DNA of 64,000 bases, from the NCBI GenBank assembly GCA_944386565.1, contig CALXBO010000006.1, forward strand, positions 113 to 64,112, read 5' to 3'. Below the pieces are notes generated by a model. The model did not search any database. It saw only the letters and a list, made by a program, of their open reading frames with translations, and was not told the origin of the DNA. Positions 29,726 to 39,862 of the stretch are shown one piece after another. The position numbers and the translations under genes are program-made. How positions within the stretch are numbered: the stretch's first letter is position 1; each line of letters starts with the position of its first letter. The DNA comes from an uncultured Ruthenibacterium sp. (GTDB lineage: Bacteria; Bacillota; Clostridia; Oscillospirales; Ruminococcaceae).

Positions 29726-31363
29726 ATGACGATCTTAAAAGGTCAGGGTGTGTCCGAGGGAATCCAACGGGGCGAGATCCGCTTTTTCCGGAGAAAAAAT
29801 ACGGGGATGGTGCAGGAGACGGCAGAGGATGCCGCGCTGGAGCTGCGCAGGCTGCGCCGCGCGCTGGACCTGTCCGTCCGGCAGCTGGAAGAGACGGCGA
29901 AGCAAACGCGTGTGCGCATCGGGGATTCCGCTGCCGCGCTGTTTGAAGCGCATGCGATGATGGCTGCGGACGAAGAGTTTGTCAGAACGATGCAGGCGCT
30001 GATCCGTCAGGGGAAGAGTGCGGAGTTTGCCGTCCGACAGGCGGGAGAGCGTTTTGCACAGCTTCTCGGTGCGTCGGACGACGCCTATCTGCGCGGCCGC
30101 GCGGCCGATATCCGCGATGTGGCGCACCGCATCGTGGAGAATCTTCTGGGCGTCTGGGAAGAAAAGAACCCCGCGGGGCAGGAGCATCCGGTGATCCTCG
30201 CGGCGGAAGAGCTGTCTCCGTCGGAGACGATCCGGCTGGACCCGGCCGGCATCCTTGCCATTGCCGTGCAGAACGGCTCGCCCACGAGCCACACGGCGAT
30301 CCTGGCGCGCACGCTGGGCATTCCGGCCGTGTGCGGGCTCGGTCCGCTGCTGAATGAGGCGTCGGACGGTCTGGACGCGTGGATCGACGGAGAAACGGGC
30401 GAGCTCGTCATCGAACCGGATGAGGAGATGTGCGCGGAATTCGAAAAGCGCCGGAAAGGGCGCGAGAGGCGGAGTGTGGAGCTCAAGAGCCTTGTGGGCA
30501 AAGAGGACGTCACACAGGACGGGCAGAAGATGCTCGTGTACTGCAACATCAGTTCCCCGGGCGATATTTCCGCCGTGCTGGAGAACGACGGCCGCGGCGT
30601 CGGGCTGTTCCGGTCGGAGTATCTGTATCTCGGCAGAAGCGATCTCCCGGGCGAAGAAGAGCAGTTTGAAGCGTATCGCGAGGTCGCACAGGCGATGCAG
30701 GGGCGGCGCGTGATCGTGCGAACTCTGGATGCGGGCGCGGACAAGAAAGCCGAGTCGCTCGGGCTCCCGCCGGAGGAAAACCCCGCGCTCGGCATGCGCG
30801 CCGTCCGGGTTTGCCTGAGCCGTCCGGAACTCTTCCGCACGCAGCTCCGCGCCCTGTACCGGGCCAGCGCCTACGGGAAAATTTCGGTGATGTTTCCGAT
30901 GATCGCCAGCGTCTGGGAACTGGAGGAGTGCCTTGCCGCGTGCCGCTGCGTGCAGGAAGAACTCCGCGCCGAGGGCAGGGCGTTCGACGAGCATCTCGAG
31001 ACGGGGGTTATGATCGAGACTCCGGCGGCGGTGCTGATCGCGGACGAGCTCGCGGCGCGCGTGAACTTTTTCTCTGTCGGCACCAACGACCTGACGCAGT
31101 ATCTTCTGGCGTGCGACCGGCAGAGAAGCGATCTCGGCCGCCATTGGGATCCGCATCATCCGGCCGTTCTGCGCGCGCTGCGCATGACGGCGCAGGCCGC
31201 GCACAAAGCGGGGATCTGGGTGGGAATCTGCGGTGAACTCGCAGCGGATCTCTCGATGCTGCCTGAGTTTTTGTCCATGGGCATCGACGAACTGAGTGTT
31301 CCGGCGGCGTTTGTGCTCCCGCTGCGTGCGGCGATCCGTTCCCACAGCTCCAAAAACAGTTGA
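29726..31363 (+). CDS. ptsI: Phosphoenolpyruvate-protein phosphotransferase (PTS Enzyme I)
   Basis: 545 aa with the phospho-His region (GSPTSHTAILARTLGIP), the PEP-utiliser motif GLFRSEYLY and a C-terminal FFSVGTNDLTQY. Confidence 0.9.
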   Translation: MTILKGQGVSEGIQRGEIRFFRRKNTGMVQETAEDAALELRRLRRALDLSVRQLEETAKQTRVRIGDSAAALFEAHAMMAADEEFVRTMQALIRQGKSAEFAVRQAGERFAQLLGASDDAYLRGRAADIRDVAHRIVENLLGVWEEKNPAGQEHPVILAAEELSPSETIRLDPAGILAIAVQNGSPTSHTAILARTLGIPAVCGLGPLLNEASDGLDAWIDGETGELVIEPDEEMCAEFEKRRKGRERRSVELKSLVGKEDVTQDGQKMLVYCNISSPGDISAVLENDGRGVGLFRSEYLYLGRSDLPGEEEQFEAYREVAQAMQGRRVIVRTLDAGADKKAESLGLPPEENPALGMRAVRVCLSRPELFRTQLRALYRASAYGKISVMFPMIASVWELEECLAACRCVQEELRAEGRAFDEHLETGVMIETPAAVLIADELAARVNFFSVGTNDLTQYLLACDRQRSDLGRHWDPHHPAVLRALRMTAQAAHKAGIWVGICGELAADLSMLPEFLSMGIDELSVPAAFVLPLRAAIRSHSSKNS

Positions 31364-31382
31364 ATACAGAAGCAATTTTCCC

Positions 31383-31411
31383 AGAGTCCCGCTGCGCGGG
31401 GCTCTTTTTTT
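31383..31411 (+). terminator. Rho-independent terminator after ptsI
   Basis: AGAGTCCCG-ctgcg-CGGGGCTCT followed by TTTTTTT. Confidence 0.8.
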
Positions 31412-31461
31412 GTCTGTTTCGCAGAAGTTTTGGAAAAAGGACGCAGGAGTGAAAAAAACGC

Positions 31462-31502
31462 TGTGAAACAGACGGTTTCGAGGGTATAATAGAATTCGTC
31501 TG
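31462..31502 (+). promoter_or_regulatory. Candidate promoter (TGTGAA-17-TATAAT) bracketed by the inverted repeat CAGACG-N22-CGTCTG
   Basis: Read from the sequence upstream of the 31533 start. The inverted repeat straddles the -10 box. Confidence 0.35.
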
Positions 31503-31532
31503 AAAACACTCACTGAAAAACAGGAGAAAAAC

Positions 31533-33065
31533 ATGAAAAATGAATGGATGCAGGAACTCGGTGAGTTCCGTGAAAAAACGCGCTTGTTTTATGCCGGAGA
31601 AATGAGCAAGGGCGATTACAAGGGCTTTTCGGGCAAATTCGGCAGCTACGCGCAGCGCGGCGGCAAGGCCGGTATGCTCCGTCTCCGTCTGACGGCGGGC
31701 CGCATTGACAAAGAGAAACTGAAGTTCATCGCAGATGTGATCGAAGAGCATCAGGTGAAGAAAGTACATCTGACGACCTGTATGACCGTGCAGCTCCATG
31801 ACCTTGCGCCGGAGACGATCTGCGCGCTGATGGAACAGGCGCTGAGCCACGGGATCATCACGATGGGCGGCGGCGGAGACTATCCCCGCAACGTGATGGC
31901 GTCGCCGCTGTCCGGCGCCGAGTGCGGCGAGTATTTTGATGTGATGCCCTGGGCGGAAAAAACGGCGGAGTATCTTCTGACGCTCATCAACGCCGAAAAG
32001 ATGCCCCGCAAACTGAAAGTCTGCTTTTCGAACGGCCCGGCCAACGTTCCGCACGCCACGTTCCGCGATCTCGGCTTCGTGGCGCGTGAGGACGGCCTGT
32101 TCGATGTGTACTGCGCGGGCGGCCTCGGCAACAATCCCCGCCTCGGCGTGAAGGTTGCGCAGGCTGTGGAACCCTCCGACGTTCTGTTCCACGTCAAAGC
32201 GATGCGCGATATGTTCCTCGCACACGGAAATTATCAGCAGCGCGGACGTGCCCGCACCCGCTATCTGCAGGAAACGCTGGGGGAAGAGGGTCTGCACGCG
32301 GTGTACTCCGAACTGCTTGAGCGCGCCAAAAAGGAACATCCGGAACTCAAGGTCAGCGTGCAGGCGAACGCTATCTCCAAGCAGGGCATCGTGCGCAGCT
32401 TCGATTCGAAGCGCGTCATCGCCCAGAAGCAAGAGGGCCTGTATGCCGTTGCGTACCATCCCATCGGCGGCACGCCGTCGCCCGATGTGTTCGGCCGCCT
32501 GTATGCAGTGATCAAGGATATGGAGGACGTTGAAGTCCGCCTGTCTCCGGACGAGTCGCTCTATGTCATCAATCTGAACGGCGACGAAGTGCAGCAGGTC
32601 CTCGATGTGCTGTCCGACGGCGCGCGCACGCTCTTCGAGACCTCCGTCGCCTGCATCGGCGCGTCCGTGTGTCAGGTCGGTGTGCGTGATTCCCAGCAGC
32701 TGCTCCGCAGCTGCGTGGATGCCGTCCGTGAGGCAGAAATCGCCGACGGCGCGCTGCCGCAGATCCACATTTCCGGCTGTCCGTCCTCCTGCGGTACGCA
32801 TCAGACGGGAGAGATCGGATTCCACGGCGGCGTCAAGCTGATCGACAAGGTCGCGAATCCCGCCTTTACGCTGCACATCCTCGGCTGCGACAAGCAGGGC
32901 GAAGAGCGCTTGGGCGAGCCGCTCGGCGTGATGCTGGAAAAGAGCATTCCCGAGTTCCTCGTCCGCCTCGGCAAAACGGTGGAGGCTTCCGGCCTGCCGT
33001 TCTCCGAGTGGAAAAAGGGCCGCCGCGACGAGATCGCCGCACTGGCCGCCGACTACCTCGTATAA
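31533..33065 (+). CDS. Nitrite/sulfite reductase family protein (siroheme/4Fe-4S type)
   Basis: 510 aa with nitrite/sulfite-reductase ferredoxin-like half domains. Cys clusters CIGASVCQVG and SGCPSSCG match the siroheme-[4Fe-4S] ligand pattern. Confidence 0.8.
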   Translation: MKNEWMQELGEFREKTRLFYAGEMSKGDYKGFSGKFGSYAQRGGKAGMLRLRLTAGRIDKEKLKFIADVIEEHQVKKVHLTTCMTVQLHDLAPETICALMEQALSHGIITMGGGGDYPRNVMASPLSGAECGEYFDVMPWAEKTAEYLLTLINAEKMPRKLKVCFSNGPANVPHATFRDLGFVAREDGLFDVYCAGGLGNNPRLGVKVAQAVEPSDVLFHVKAMRDMFLAHGNYQQRGRARTRYLQETLGEEGLHAVYSELLERAKKEHPELKVSVQANAISKQGIVRSFDSKRVIAQKQEGLYAVAYHPIGGTPSPDVFGRLYAVIKDMEDVEVRLSPDESLYVINLNGDEVQQVLDVLSDGARTLFETSVACIGASVCQVGVRDSQQLLRSCVDAVREAEIADGALPQIHISGCPSSCGTHQTGEIGFHGGVKLIDKVANPAFTLHILGCDKQGEERLGEPLGVMLEKSIPEFLVRLGKTVEASGLPFSEWKKGRRDEIAALAADYLV

Positions 33066-33077
33066 TTCATCGCATTT

Positions 33078-33115
33078 ACCCGGACTGCGTATTTTTCGCA
33101 GTCCGGGTGTTTTTT
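33078..33115 (+). terminator. Rho-independent terminator
   Basis: ACCCGGACTGCG-tattttt-CGCAGTCCGGGT followed by GTTTTTT. Confidence 0.85.
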
Positions 33116-33254
33116 GCCTGAATCGCCAAAGAGCTGCGGGCGGCGTCATGCAAAAGGGAGAAACGACGTGCGGCCGTTGCACAGGGGATGGGTGCGTGCT
33201 ATACTGAAGCCATCAGGAAACCGAAAAAGAAAATATGGTTTCCACGGAGGTCGC

Positions 33255-33848
33255 ATGGAAGAATTGCGGGAAAAATGCATCCTGCACACGCTGGCTCTGT
33301 GCAGCGAACATGGGATGCGGTTCACCATGAGCGAACTGGCGGCCGGTCTCGGCGTCAGCAAAAAGACGCTGTATGTCTTGTTTCCGGACAAGGAAGCGCT
33401 GCTGACGGACGCGGTGGATTATGTGTTTGATGCGGTGAAGCGCAGCGAGGCGGAGATCCTGAGGGACGAAACGCTGTCGCTGACACAGAAAATCGAACGT
33501 CTCATCATCGTCATTCCGGAGCCGTTCCGGGAGATCGACTGGAACCGCCTGAACGGCGTGGAGACCAAGTATCCGAAGGTCTACACGCACATCTGTGAGA
33601 GAATTGAAAGCGGATGGGACGCAGCGCTCTCGCTTCTGCGGGAAGGAGTGGAGACGGGCGTGCTGCGGCCGTTCAGCATTCCGGTATTCAAGGCGATGGT
33701 GGAAGGAAGCATCGAACACTTTATCACCTCGCCCGGGCTTGCGCAGCAGGGAGTGGCGTACACCCAGGCGCTCGAGGAGATGATCGCACTGCTGATGCGC
33801 GGCGCGCTGGTGCGGAAGGAGGATGTACATGGAACACGCATGGAATGA
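33255..33848 (+). CDS. TetR/AcrR-family transcriptional regulator
   Basis: N-terminal HTH (FTMSELAAGLGVSKKTLYVLFPDKEAL). Start set at ATG 33255 with a GGAGG RBS. Confidence 0.8.
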   Translation: MEELREKCILHTLALCSEHGMRFTMSELAAGLGVSKKTLYVLFPDKEALLTDAVDYVFDAVKRSEAEILRDETLSLTQKIERLIIVIPEPFREIDWNRLNGVETKYPKVYTHICERIESGWDAALSLLREGVETGVLRPFSIPVFKAMVEGSIEHFITSPGLAQQGVAYTQALEEMIALLMRGALVRKEDVHGTRME

Positions 33849-36201
33849 GGACTGGTATTATGCCGCTCCGTTCCGCGAGGAGTGGAAAACGCTTGCGGCT
33901 CCCGCCAAACCTCTTGCGCGGGTGCGGCTGCCGCACGGAGGCGCACTTTTGCCGCAGAACAGCTTCAGCGAAGAGCAGTATCAGGAACTCAGCGGATACG
34001 TCAAGTGGTTTGACGTTCCGCAGGAGTGGCGCGGCCGCCGGGTGTTCGTGTGCTTTGAGGGCGCGGCCCACGAAGCGCATGTCTACTGCAACGGTGAATT
34101 GGTGGGAGAGCACCACTGCGGATACACGGCGTTCCGCATCGAACTGACACAGAGCCTGCGCATCGGGGAGACAAACAATCTCACCGTGCGGCTGGACAGC
34201 CGCGAGTCGCTCGACATCCCGCCGTTCGGCGGTGTGATCGACTATATGACGTTCCGCGGCCTGTACCGGGAAGTGTTTCTGGAGGTGACGGACGCGGCGC
34301 GCATCGCGGACGTGTTCGTGCGCGCGGATGCCGCCAGCCACATGCTCTGCGCCGTGGAGACGGAGCACGCGGAGAGAATGTCTCTGACCGCCGAACTCTA
34401 TGACCCCGACGGAGCGCTTTGCGCCTCGGCCACTGTGGAAGCGCAGGACGCGGAACCGGAGCTGTATGTGGAGAATGTCCGCCGCTGGAGCTGCGAGACG
34501 CCGCAGCTGTACCGGCTGGAACTCCGCCTGACGGACGGCGGCCGCACGGTGGACACGGAGACGGTGCGCGTCGGTTTCCGGACGGCGGAATTCCGCGCCG
34601 ACGGATTTTACCTCAACGGTGAGAAGGTGCGGCTGCGCGGACTGAACCGGCATCAGAGCTGGCCGTATCTCGGATACGCGGCCCCAGCGAGAGCGCAGCG
34701 GTTTGACGCCGACATCCTGAAATACGAACTGGGCTGCAACGCCGTGCGCACGAGCCACTATCCGCAGAGCCGCCATTTTATCGACCGCTGCGACGAACTG
34801 GGGCTGCTCGTGTTCACCGAGATCCCGGGCTGGCAGCACATCGGCGGCGACGCGTGGAAATGGCAGGCCGTGCGGAATACGGAGGAGATGGTCCGACAGT
34901 ACCGCAACCATCCGTCCGTGATCCTGTGGGGCGTGCGCATCAACGAGAGTGCGGACGACGACACGCTGTACGCGGAGACGAACCGGACGGCACACGAACT
35001 GGACCCGTCGCGCCCGACGAGCGGCGTGCGGTGTATCAAAAAGAGCCATCTGCTCGAGGATGTGTACGCCTACAACGACTTCGTCCACTGTGGCACAAAC
35101 CGGGGTTGCGACACCAAAAAATCCGTCACGCCGGACATATCGAAACCCTATCTCATCAGCGAATACAACGGGCATATGTTTCCGACAAAACCGGGCGACG
35201 ACGAGGCTCACCGTCTGGCACATGCGCTGCGTCACGCGCGCGTGCTCAGCGACGCGGCGCAGGAGCCGGGGATCGCGGGCACGTTCGGCTGGTGTATGTT
35301 CGACTACAACACACACCGCGATTTCGGCTCAGGTGACCGCGTGTGCTACCATGGTGTTCTCGATATGTTCCGCAATCCCAAGCTGGCAGCGGCGGTCTAT
35401 GCGGCGCAGGGGAATCACGGCGTGCTCGCGGTGAGCAGCAGCATGGACATCGGCGAGCATCCGGCGGGTGCGATCGGTACGTTCGCCGTGTTCACGGACG
35501 CCGATGAGGTTCGCTTGTACAAGAACGACGAATTTGTGGGAAGTTATACCCCCTCCGGGGAATATCCCGGCCTTGCGCATCCTCCGGTCCTCATTTCCGA
35601 CACGATCGGAGTCATGCTGGAGGAAAATGAGGGGTTTACCCACCGCAAAGCCTCGCTTGTCAAGGACGTGCTGTATGCCGTCGCGCGGTTCGGCCCGGCA
35701 GGGCTCTCGCCGTCCGTGCTCGCAAAAGCCGCATGGCTCATGACAGCGGGGCACATGACATACGACGACATGCAGCGGCTCTTTTACCGGTATGTCGGCA
35801 GCTGGGGCGGCGAGGTCGTCCACTGGAGGTTTGATGCGGTGAAGGACGGGCAGGTCATTGCAAGCGGCATCTGCGGGCCGGGCGAAGAAACGGTCCTGCA
35901 CGCCGAAGCGGATTCGGTGCAGCTGTGTGACGGCGACAGCTGGGACATGGCGACCGTGCGCATGAGCGCGCGGAACGAATACGGGGCGGTGCAGACGTAT
36001 TGTTCACGCGCTGTGCGATTGAAAGCGGAGGGCGCAGTCGAACTGGTCGGGCCGGAGGCTGTGCCGCTCGCGGGAGGTATGGCGGGCTGCTATGTGCGGA
36101 CAAAAGGTGTGGCCGGGGAGGGAATACTCACGGCTGAGATGGACGGAGCACCGCCGGTGACGGTTCGGTTTACGGTGACGCGCGGGGAGGAACACACATG
36201 A
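33829..36201 (+). CDS. Glycoside hydrolase family 2 (beta-galactosidase/beta-glucuronidase-like)
   Basis: About 790 aa with a GH2 sugar-binding/Ig/TIM architecture, NAVRTSHYP and the acid/base region ILWGVRINES. ATG 33829 is preferred over 33823 on RBS spacing. Confidence 0.85.
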   Translation: MEHAWNEDWYYAAPFREEWKTLAAPAKPLARVRLPHGGALLPQNSFSEEQYQELSGYVKWFDVPQEWRGRRVFVCFEGAAHEAHVYCNGELVGEHHCGYTAFRIELTQSLRIGETNNLTVRLDSRESLDIPPFGGVIDYMTFRGLYREVFLEVTDAARIADVFVRADAASHMLCAVETEHAERMSLTAELYDPDGALCASATVEAQDAEPELYVENVRRWSCETPQLYRLELRLTDGGRTVDTETVRVGFRTAEFRADGFYLNGEKVRLRGLNRHQSWPYLGYAAPARAQRFDADILKYELGCNAVRTSHYPQSRHFIDRCDELGLLVFTEIPGWQHIGGDAWKWQAVRNTEEMVRQYRNHPSVILWGVRINESADDDTLYAETNRTAHELDPSRPTSGVRCIKKSHLLEDVYAYNDFVHCGTNRGCDTKKSVTPDISKPYLISEYNGHMFPTKPGDDEAHRLAHALRHARVLSDAAQEPGIAGTFGWCMFDYNTHRDFGSGDRVCYHGVLDMFRNPKLAAAVYAAQGNHGVLAVSSSMDIGEHPAGAIGTFAVFTDADEVRLYKNDEFVGSYTPSGEYPGLAHPPVLISDTIGVMLEENEGFTHRKASLVKDVLYAVARFGPAGLSPSVLAKAAWLMTAGHMTYDDMQRLFYRYVGSWGGEVVHWRFDAVKDGQVIASGICGPGEETVLHAEADSVQLCDGDSWDMATVRMSARNEYGAVQTYCSRAVRLKAEGAVELVGPEAVPLAGGMAGCYVRTKGVAGEGILTAEMDGAPPVTVRFTVTRGEEHT

Positions 36202-37559
36202 GCGGAAACGTCAGACAGAAAATAGGATACGGCATCGGTGCGATGGGCAAGGATGTTGTCTATGCCTTCGTGTCGGGGTTCATTCTCTATTATTACAACA
36301 CGGTGCTCGGCATCAGCGGCACGTTCACGGGCGTGATGATGATGGCGGCGCGCGTGTTCGATGCGTTCAACGACCCCCTCATGGGCGTGGTCGTGGAGAA
36401 GACAAACACGCGCATGGGAAAGTTTCGCCCGTGGATTTTGACGGGCACGGTGACGAATGCACTCATTCTGTACGGCATGTTTGCCATGCCGCGCTCCGTG
36501 CAGGGAACGGCGATGCTGGTGTATGCGAGCGCCGCCTATGTGCTGTGGGGCGTGACGTATACTCTGATGGACATTCCGTTCTGGAGCATGATCCCCGCAA
36601 TCACAAAAGCGGGGCGTGAGCGCGAGTCGCTCTCCGTCATCGGGCGCACCTGCGCCGCGGTCGGTTATGCCGTGCCGACGGTGCTCACGATGCTGCTCGT
36701 CGTGCGCATCGGTTCGGATGAGCGCGAGGGATTTGCCCTGTTTGCGGCGGCCGTTGCGGTTGTTTTTATCGTCACGGAGCTTGTGTGCATGTTTCTGATC
36801 CGGGAAAAGCAGCCGGTGCGGACGGAGACTCCCTCCGTGCGCGATATGTTTTCCGCGCTTGTGCACAACGATCAGGCGATGGTCGTGGTCGTAGGCATTA
36901 TCGTGTTCAACGCGTCGCTCTATCTGACGACGCAGCTCGCCGTTTACTTCTTCAAATACGACATGGGCAACAGCGACCTGTTCAGCCTGTTCGGAACAGT
37001 CGGCGGCATCGGGCAGATCCTCAGCATGGCGAGTCTGCCCATTCTGCGCAAACGCTGGACGGGCAAGGCTATCCTGTCAGGCTCTCTCTGCGTGACGATC
37101 TCAGGTTATGTAATGCTGTTCGCGTTCAGTGCGCTCGGTATCACGGCCGTGCCGCTGCTGGCTGCCGTGGCGTTCATCATTTACATCGGCTTTGGGCTTG
37201 CGACGGTCCTGACGACGATTTTCCTCGCGGACACCGTCGACTACGGCGAGCTGAAGACGGGCCGACGCAGCGAGAGCGTCATCTTCAGCATGCAGACGTT
37301 CGTCGTGAAACTGGCCAGCGCCGTCAGCGTGCTGATCGCGGGCGTCGGCATTGACGTGATCGGTCTCGATACTTCAGCCGAGGTGCAGACGGCGCAGACG
37401 CTGATGGGTCTGCGGGTGCTGATGATGGCGGTCCCCATCGCGGGACTCGTATTCTCCATCTGTTACTTCCGCAGCCGCTACAAGCTGACGGACGAAGAAA
37501 ATGCGCGCATTGCACAGGCGCTGAAAGAGCGCCGGAGTGAAACGGAGGCGACAAAATGA
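36198..37559 (+). CDS. Glycoside-pentoside-hexuronide (GPH):cation symporter, MFS
   Basis: 453 aa with about 12 TM segments. The N-terminal YGIGAMGKD...RVFDAFNDPLMG...T.T..GKFRPW motif is typical of the MelB/YicJ family. Confidence 0.85.
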   Translation: MSGNVRQKIGYGIGAMGKDVVYAFVSGFILYYYNTVLGISGTFTGVMMMAARVFDAFNDPLMGVVVEKTNTRMGKFRPWILTGTVTNALILYGMFAMPRSVQGTAMLVYASAAYVLWGVTYTLMDIPFWSMIPAITKAGRERESLSVIGRTCAAVGYAVPTVLTMLLVVRIGSDEREGFALFAAAVAVVFIVTELVCMFLIREKQPVRTETPSVRDMFSALVHNDQAMVVVVGIIVFNASLYLTTQLAVYFFKYDMGNSDLFSLFGTVGGIGQILSMASLPILRKRWTGKAILSGSLCVTISGYVMLFAFSALGITAVPLLAAVAFIIYIGFGLATVLTTIFLADTVDYGELKTGRRSESVIFSMQTFVVKLASAVSVLIAGVGIDVIGLDTSAEVQTAQTLMGLRVLMMAVPIAGLVFSICYFRSRYKLTDEENARIAQALKERRSETEATK

Positions 37560-39853
37560 TTCGCAGTGAACGAGGAGTCTGGTGCATTGAAACAGAGCGG
37601 ACGGGGTATTACATCGCCCGGCGCGGCGATCTGGCCGAGCAGCTTCACTACGGGCGGAAAATACGGCCGGATGCCGGCCCGCTGAGGGAGAAGCTGGCGT
37701 CGTCCTACTGCACGGATGCGATCTACGATGAGACATGGGACGCCGGAGTGTCCCTGCATCACGTCGGTCTGGAGTTGTCGCCTGTGGAGAAGGGGGATTT
37801 CCGCCGCCCGGCGCTCGAGATCACAATGCCGGACGGCAGCCGCGTGTCCGACTGGAAGCTGAGGGAGGAGAAAGTGCTTCCCGCTTCGCCGGAGGCGGAC
37901 GGCCTTCCGCAGGCGTACGGCGGCGGAGAGTGCCTCGCGCTTTGATTTGAAAACGAGTGGGGCGTGCGTGTGGAAGCGCTGTACACCCCCTATGACGAGT
38001 GCGACGTAATCGTGCGCCGCTACCGCATCCTCAACGGGTCTGGCGCTCCTATTACGATCCGTCGCGCCATGAGCTATCAGCTCGATCTGCCGCGCAGCGG
38101 TTTTCTGCTCACAACGCTGACGGGAGCGTGGGCGCGCGAGTTCGAGCCGAAGACGCAGCCGCTCGCCGCGGGCGCGGCAGCGTTCGGCAGCACGACGGGC
38201 GCGTCGTCGCATTATTGCAACCCGCTGTTTCTGCTGTCGGAGAAAAACGCAGACGAGAACGCGGGCGAAGTCTACGCGTTCAACCTCATTTACTCCGGCA
38301 GCCATCAGGAGTGGGTCGAGACGGATTCGTTCGGCCGTACGCGCGTGGAGGCCGGCATCCAGCCGGAGGGTTTTGCGTGGACGCTGGCTCCCGGCGAGGT
38401 GTTCGACACGCCCGAGGCTGTTCTGGCGTTCTCCGGTGAGGGAAAGAACGGGGCGAGCCGCAGCATGCACCGCTTTGTGCGCGCGCATGTGTCGCCCCGG
38501 CGGTGGTCGAGCGCGGAACGCCCGGTGCTCGTCAACAACTGGGAGGCGACGTACTTCGGATTCACCGAGGAGAAGCTTCTGCAACTGGCTCACACGGCAG
38601 CGGGGCTCGGCGCGGAACTGTTCGTTCTGGACGACGGATGGTTCGGACGGCGCACGAGCGATCTGCGCGGCCTCGGTGACTTTGACGTGAACCCGGACAA
38701 GCTCCCGTCCGGGCTCGACGGGCTGGCGGCCGGTATCGAACGCGAGGGGCTCCGCTTTGGTCTCTGGGTGGAGCCGGAGATGGTCAACGAGGACAGCGCC
38801 CTGTACGAAGCGCACCCCGACTGGGCCGTGCAGCCGCCGAAAGGGCAGCCCTGCCGCAGCCGGCATCAGCTCGTGCTCGACCTGTGCCGCACGCAGGTGC
38901 AGGACTATCTGATCGAACAGCTTGACAATGTGCTCTCCTCCGCGCCGATCACATATGTCAAATGGGACATGAACCGCCACCACACCGACCGGTTCAGTTC
39001 TGCGCTCGAGGAACAGGGGCGCTTTGCCCACGCGTGGATGCTCGGCTTCTACCGCGTGCTCGGCGAGGTGACGCGCCGCCATCCGGACATTCTGTTTGAG
39101 GGGTGTGCCAGCGGCGGAACCCGTTTCGATCTCGGCGTGCTGTGCTTCTTCCCGCAGATCTGGCTCAGCGACGACACCGACGCATGGGAGCGCGCCCGCA
39201 TCCAGTCCGGCGCGAGCCTCGGCTATCCGCAGAGCACGATGGGCTGCCACGTTTCCGCTGTGCCGAACCATCAGACGCTGCGCGTTACTCCGCTGGAGAG
39301 CCGCTTCGACGTGGCCGTGTTCGGTGCGTTCGGATATGAGATGGACCTCACGGCGGTCACGCCGGGCACAGCCGCGTGCATCGCGGCACAGATCGCATGG
39401 TTCAAGGAGCACCGCGCGTTGTTCCAGCAGGGGCAGATGTACCGGCTCGTCAGCCCCTTTGAGACGGATGAGTGCGCGTGGATGGTGGTATCCGAAGACC
39501 GCACGCAGGCGGCGGTGCTGGAGATGATCAGTCTGGTGCACCCGAATTCCGCTCAGCCGCCGCTCCGTCTGGCAGGCCTTGATCCGGACCGGACGTATGA
39601 GATCGGCGTTCGTCCGCAGTTCCTTGAGACCGAACGCTTCGGGTCCATGGTCCGGCAGGCGTTCCCGGAACTGGAGCAGGTTCCGGAACTCTTCCCGTGC
39701 GAGCAGGGGGGAATGACGGCATCGGGCAGCCTGCTGATGTATGCGGGCATCCGCCGCCGCCAGCGCTTCGGCGGGTTCGGCATTGCGCCCGATGTGCGCA
39801 TCATGCCGGATTTCTCGGCACGCATCTATCTGCTCAAAGCTCTTCCGGAATAA
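37556..39853 (+). pseudogene. GH36 alpha-galactosidase interrupted by one in-frame TGA (37943-37945)
   Basis: ORFs 37556-37945 and 37964-39853 are in the same frame and separated only by TGA plus 6 codons. Read across the stop, ECLAL*FENEWGVRVEALYTPYDECDVIVRRYRILN is collinear with the GH36 N-terminal domain. Downstream GH36 motifs are NNWEATYF, DDGWF, KWDMNR and CASGGTRFD. Confidence 0.8.
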
Positions 39854-39862
39854 ATTTCTTTC

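Noticed and set aside
37943-37945. The in-frame TGA in the GH36 gene as selenocysteine or a reassigned codon.
   Set aside because: Many neighbouring genes (fmt, rsgA, coaE, GH2 and others) terminate with TGA, so the codon is not reassigned. The aligned position in GH36 is a hydrophobic beta-strand residue, not a redox Cys. No SECIS-like hairpin was evident just downstream. It is kept as a nonsense mutation or sequencing error.
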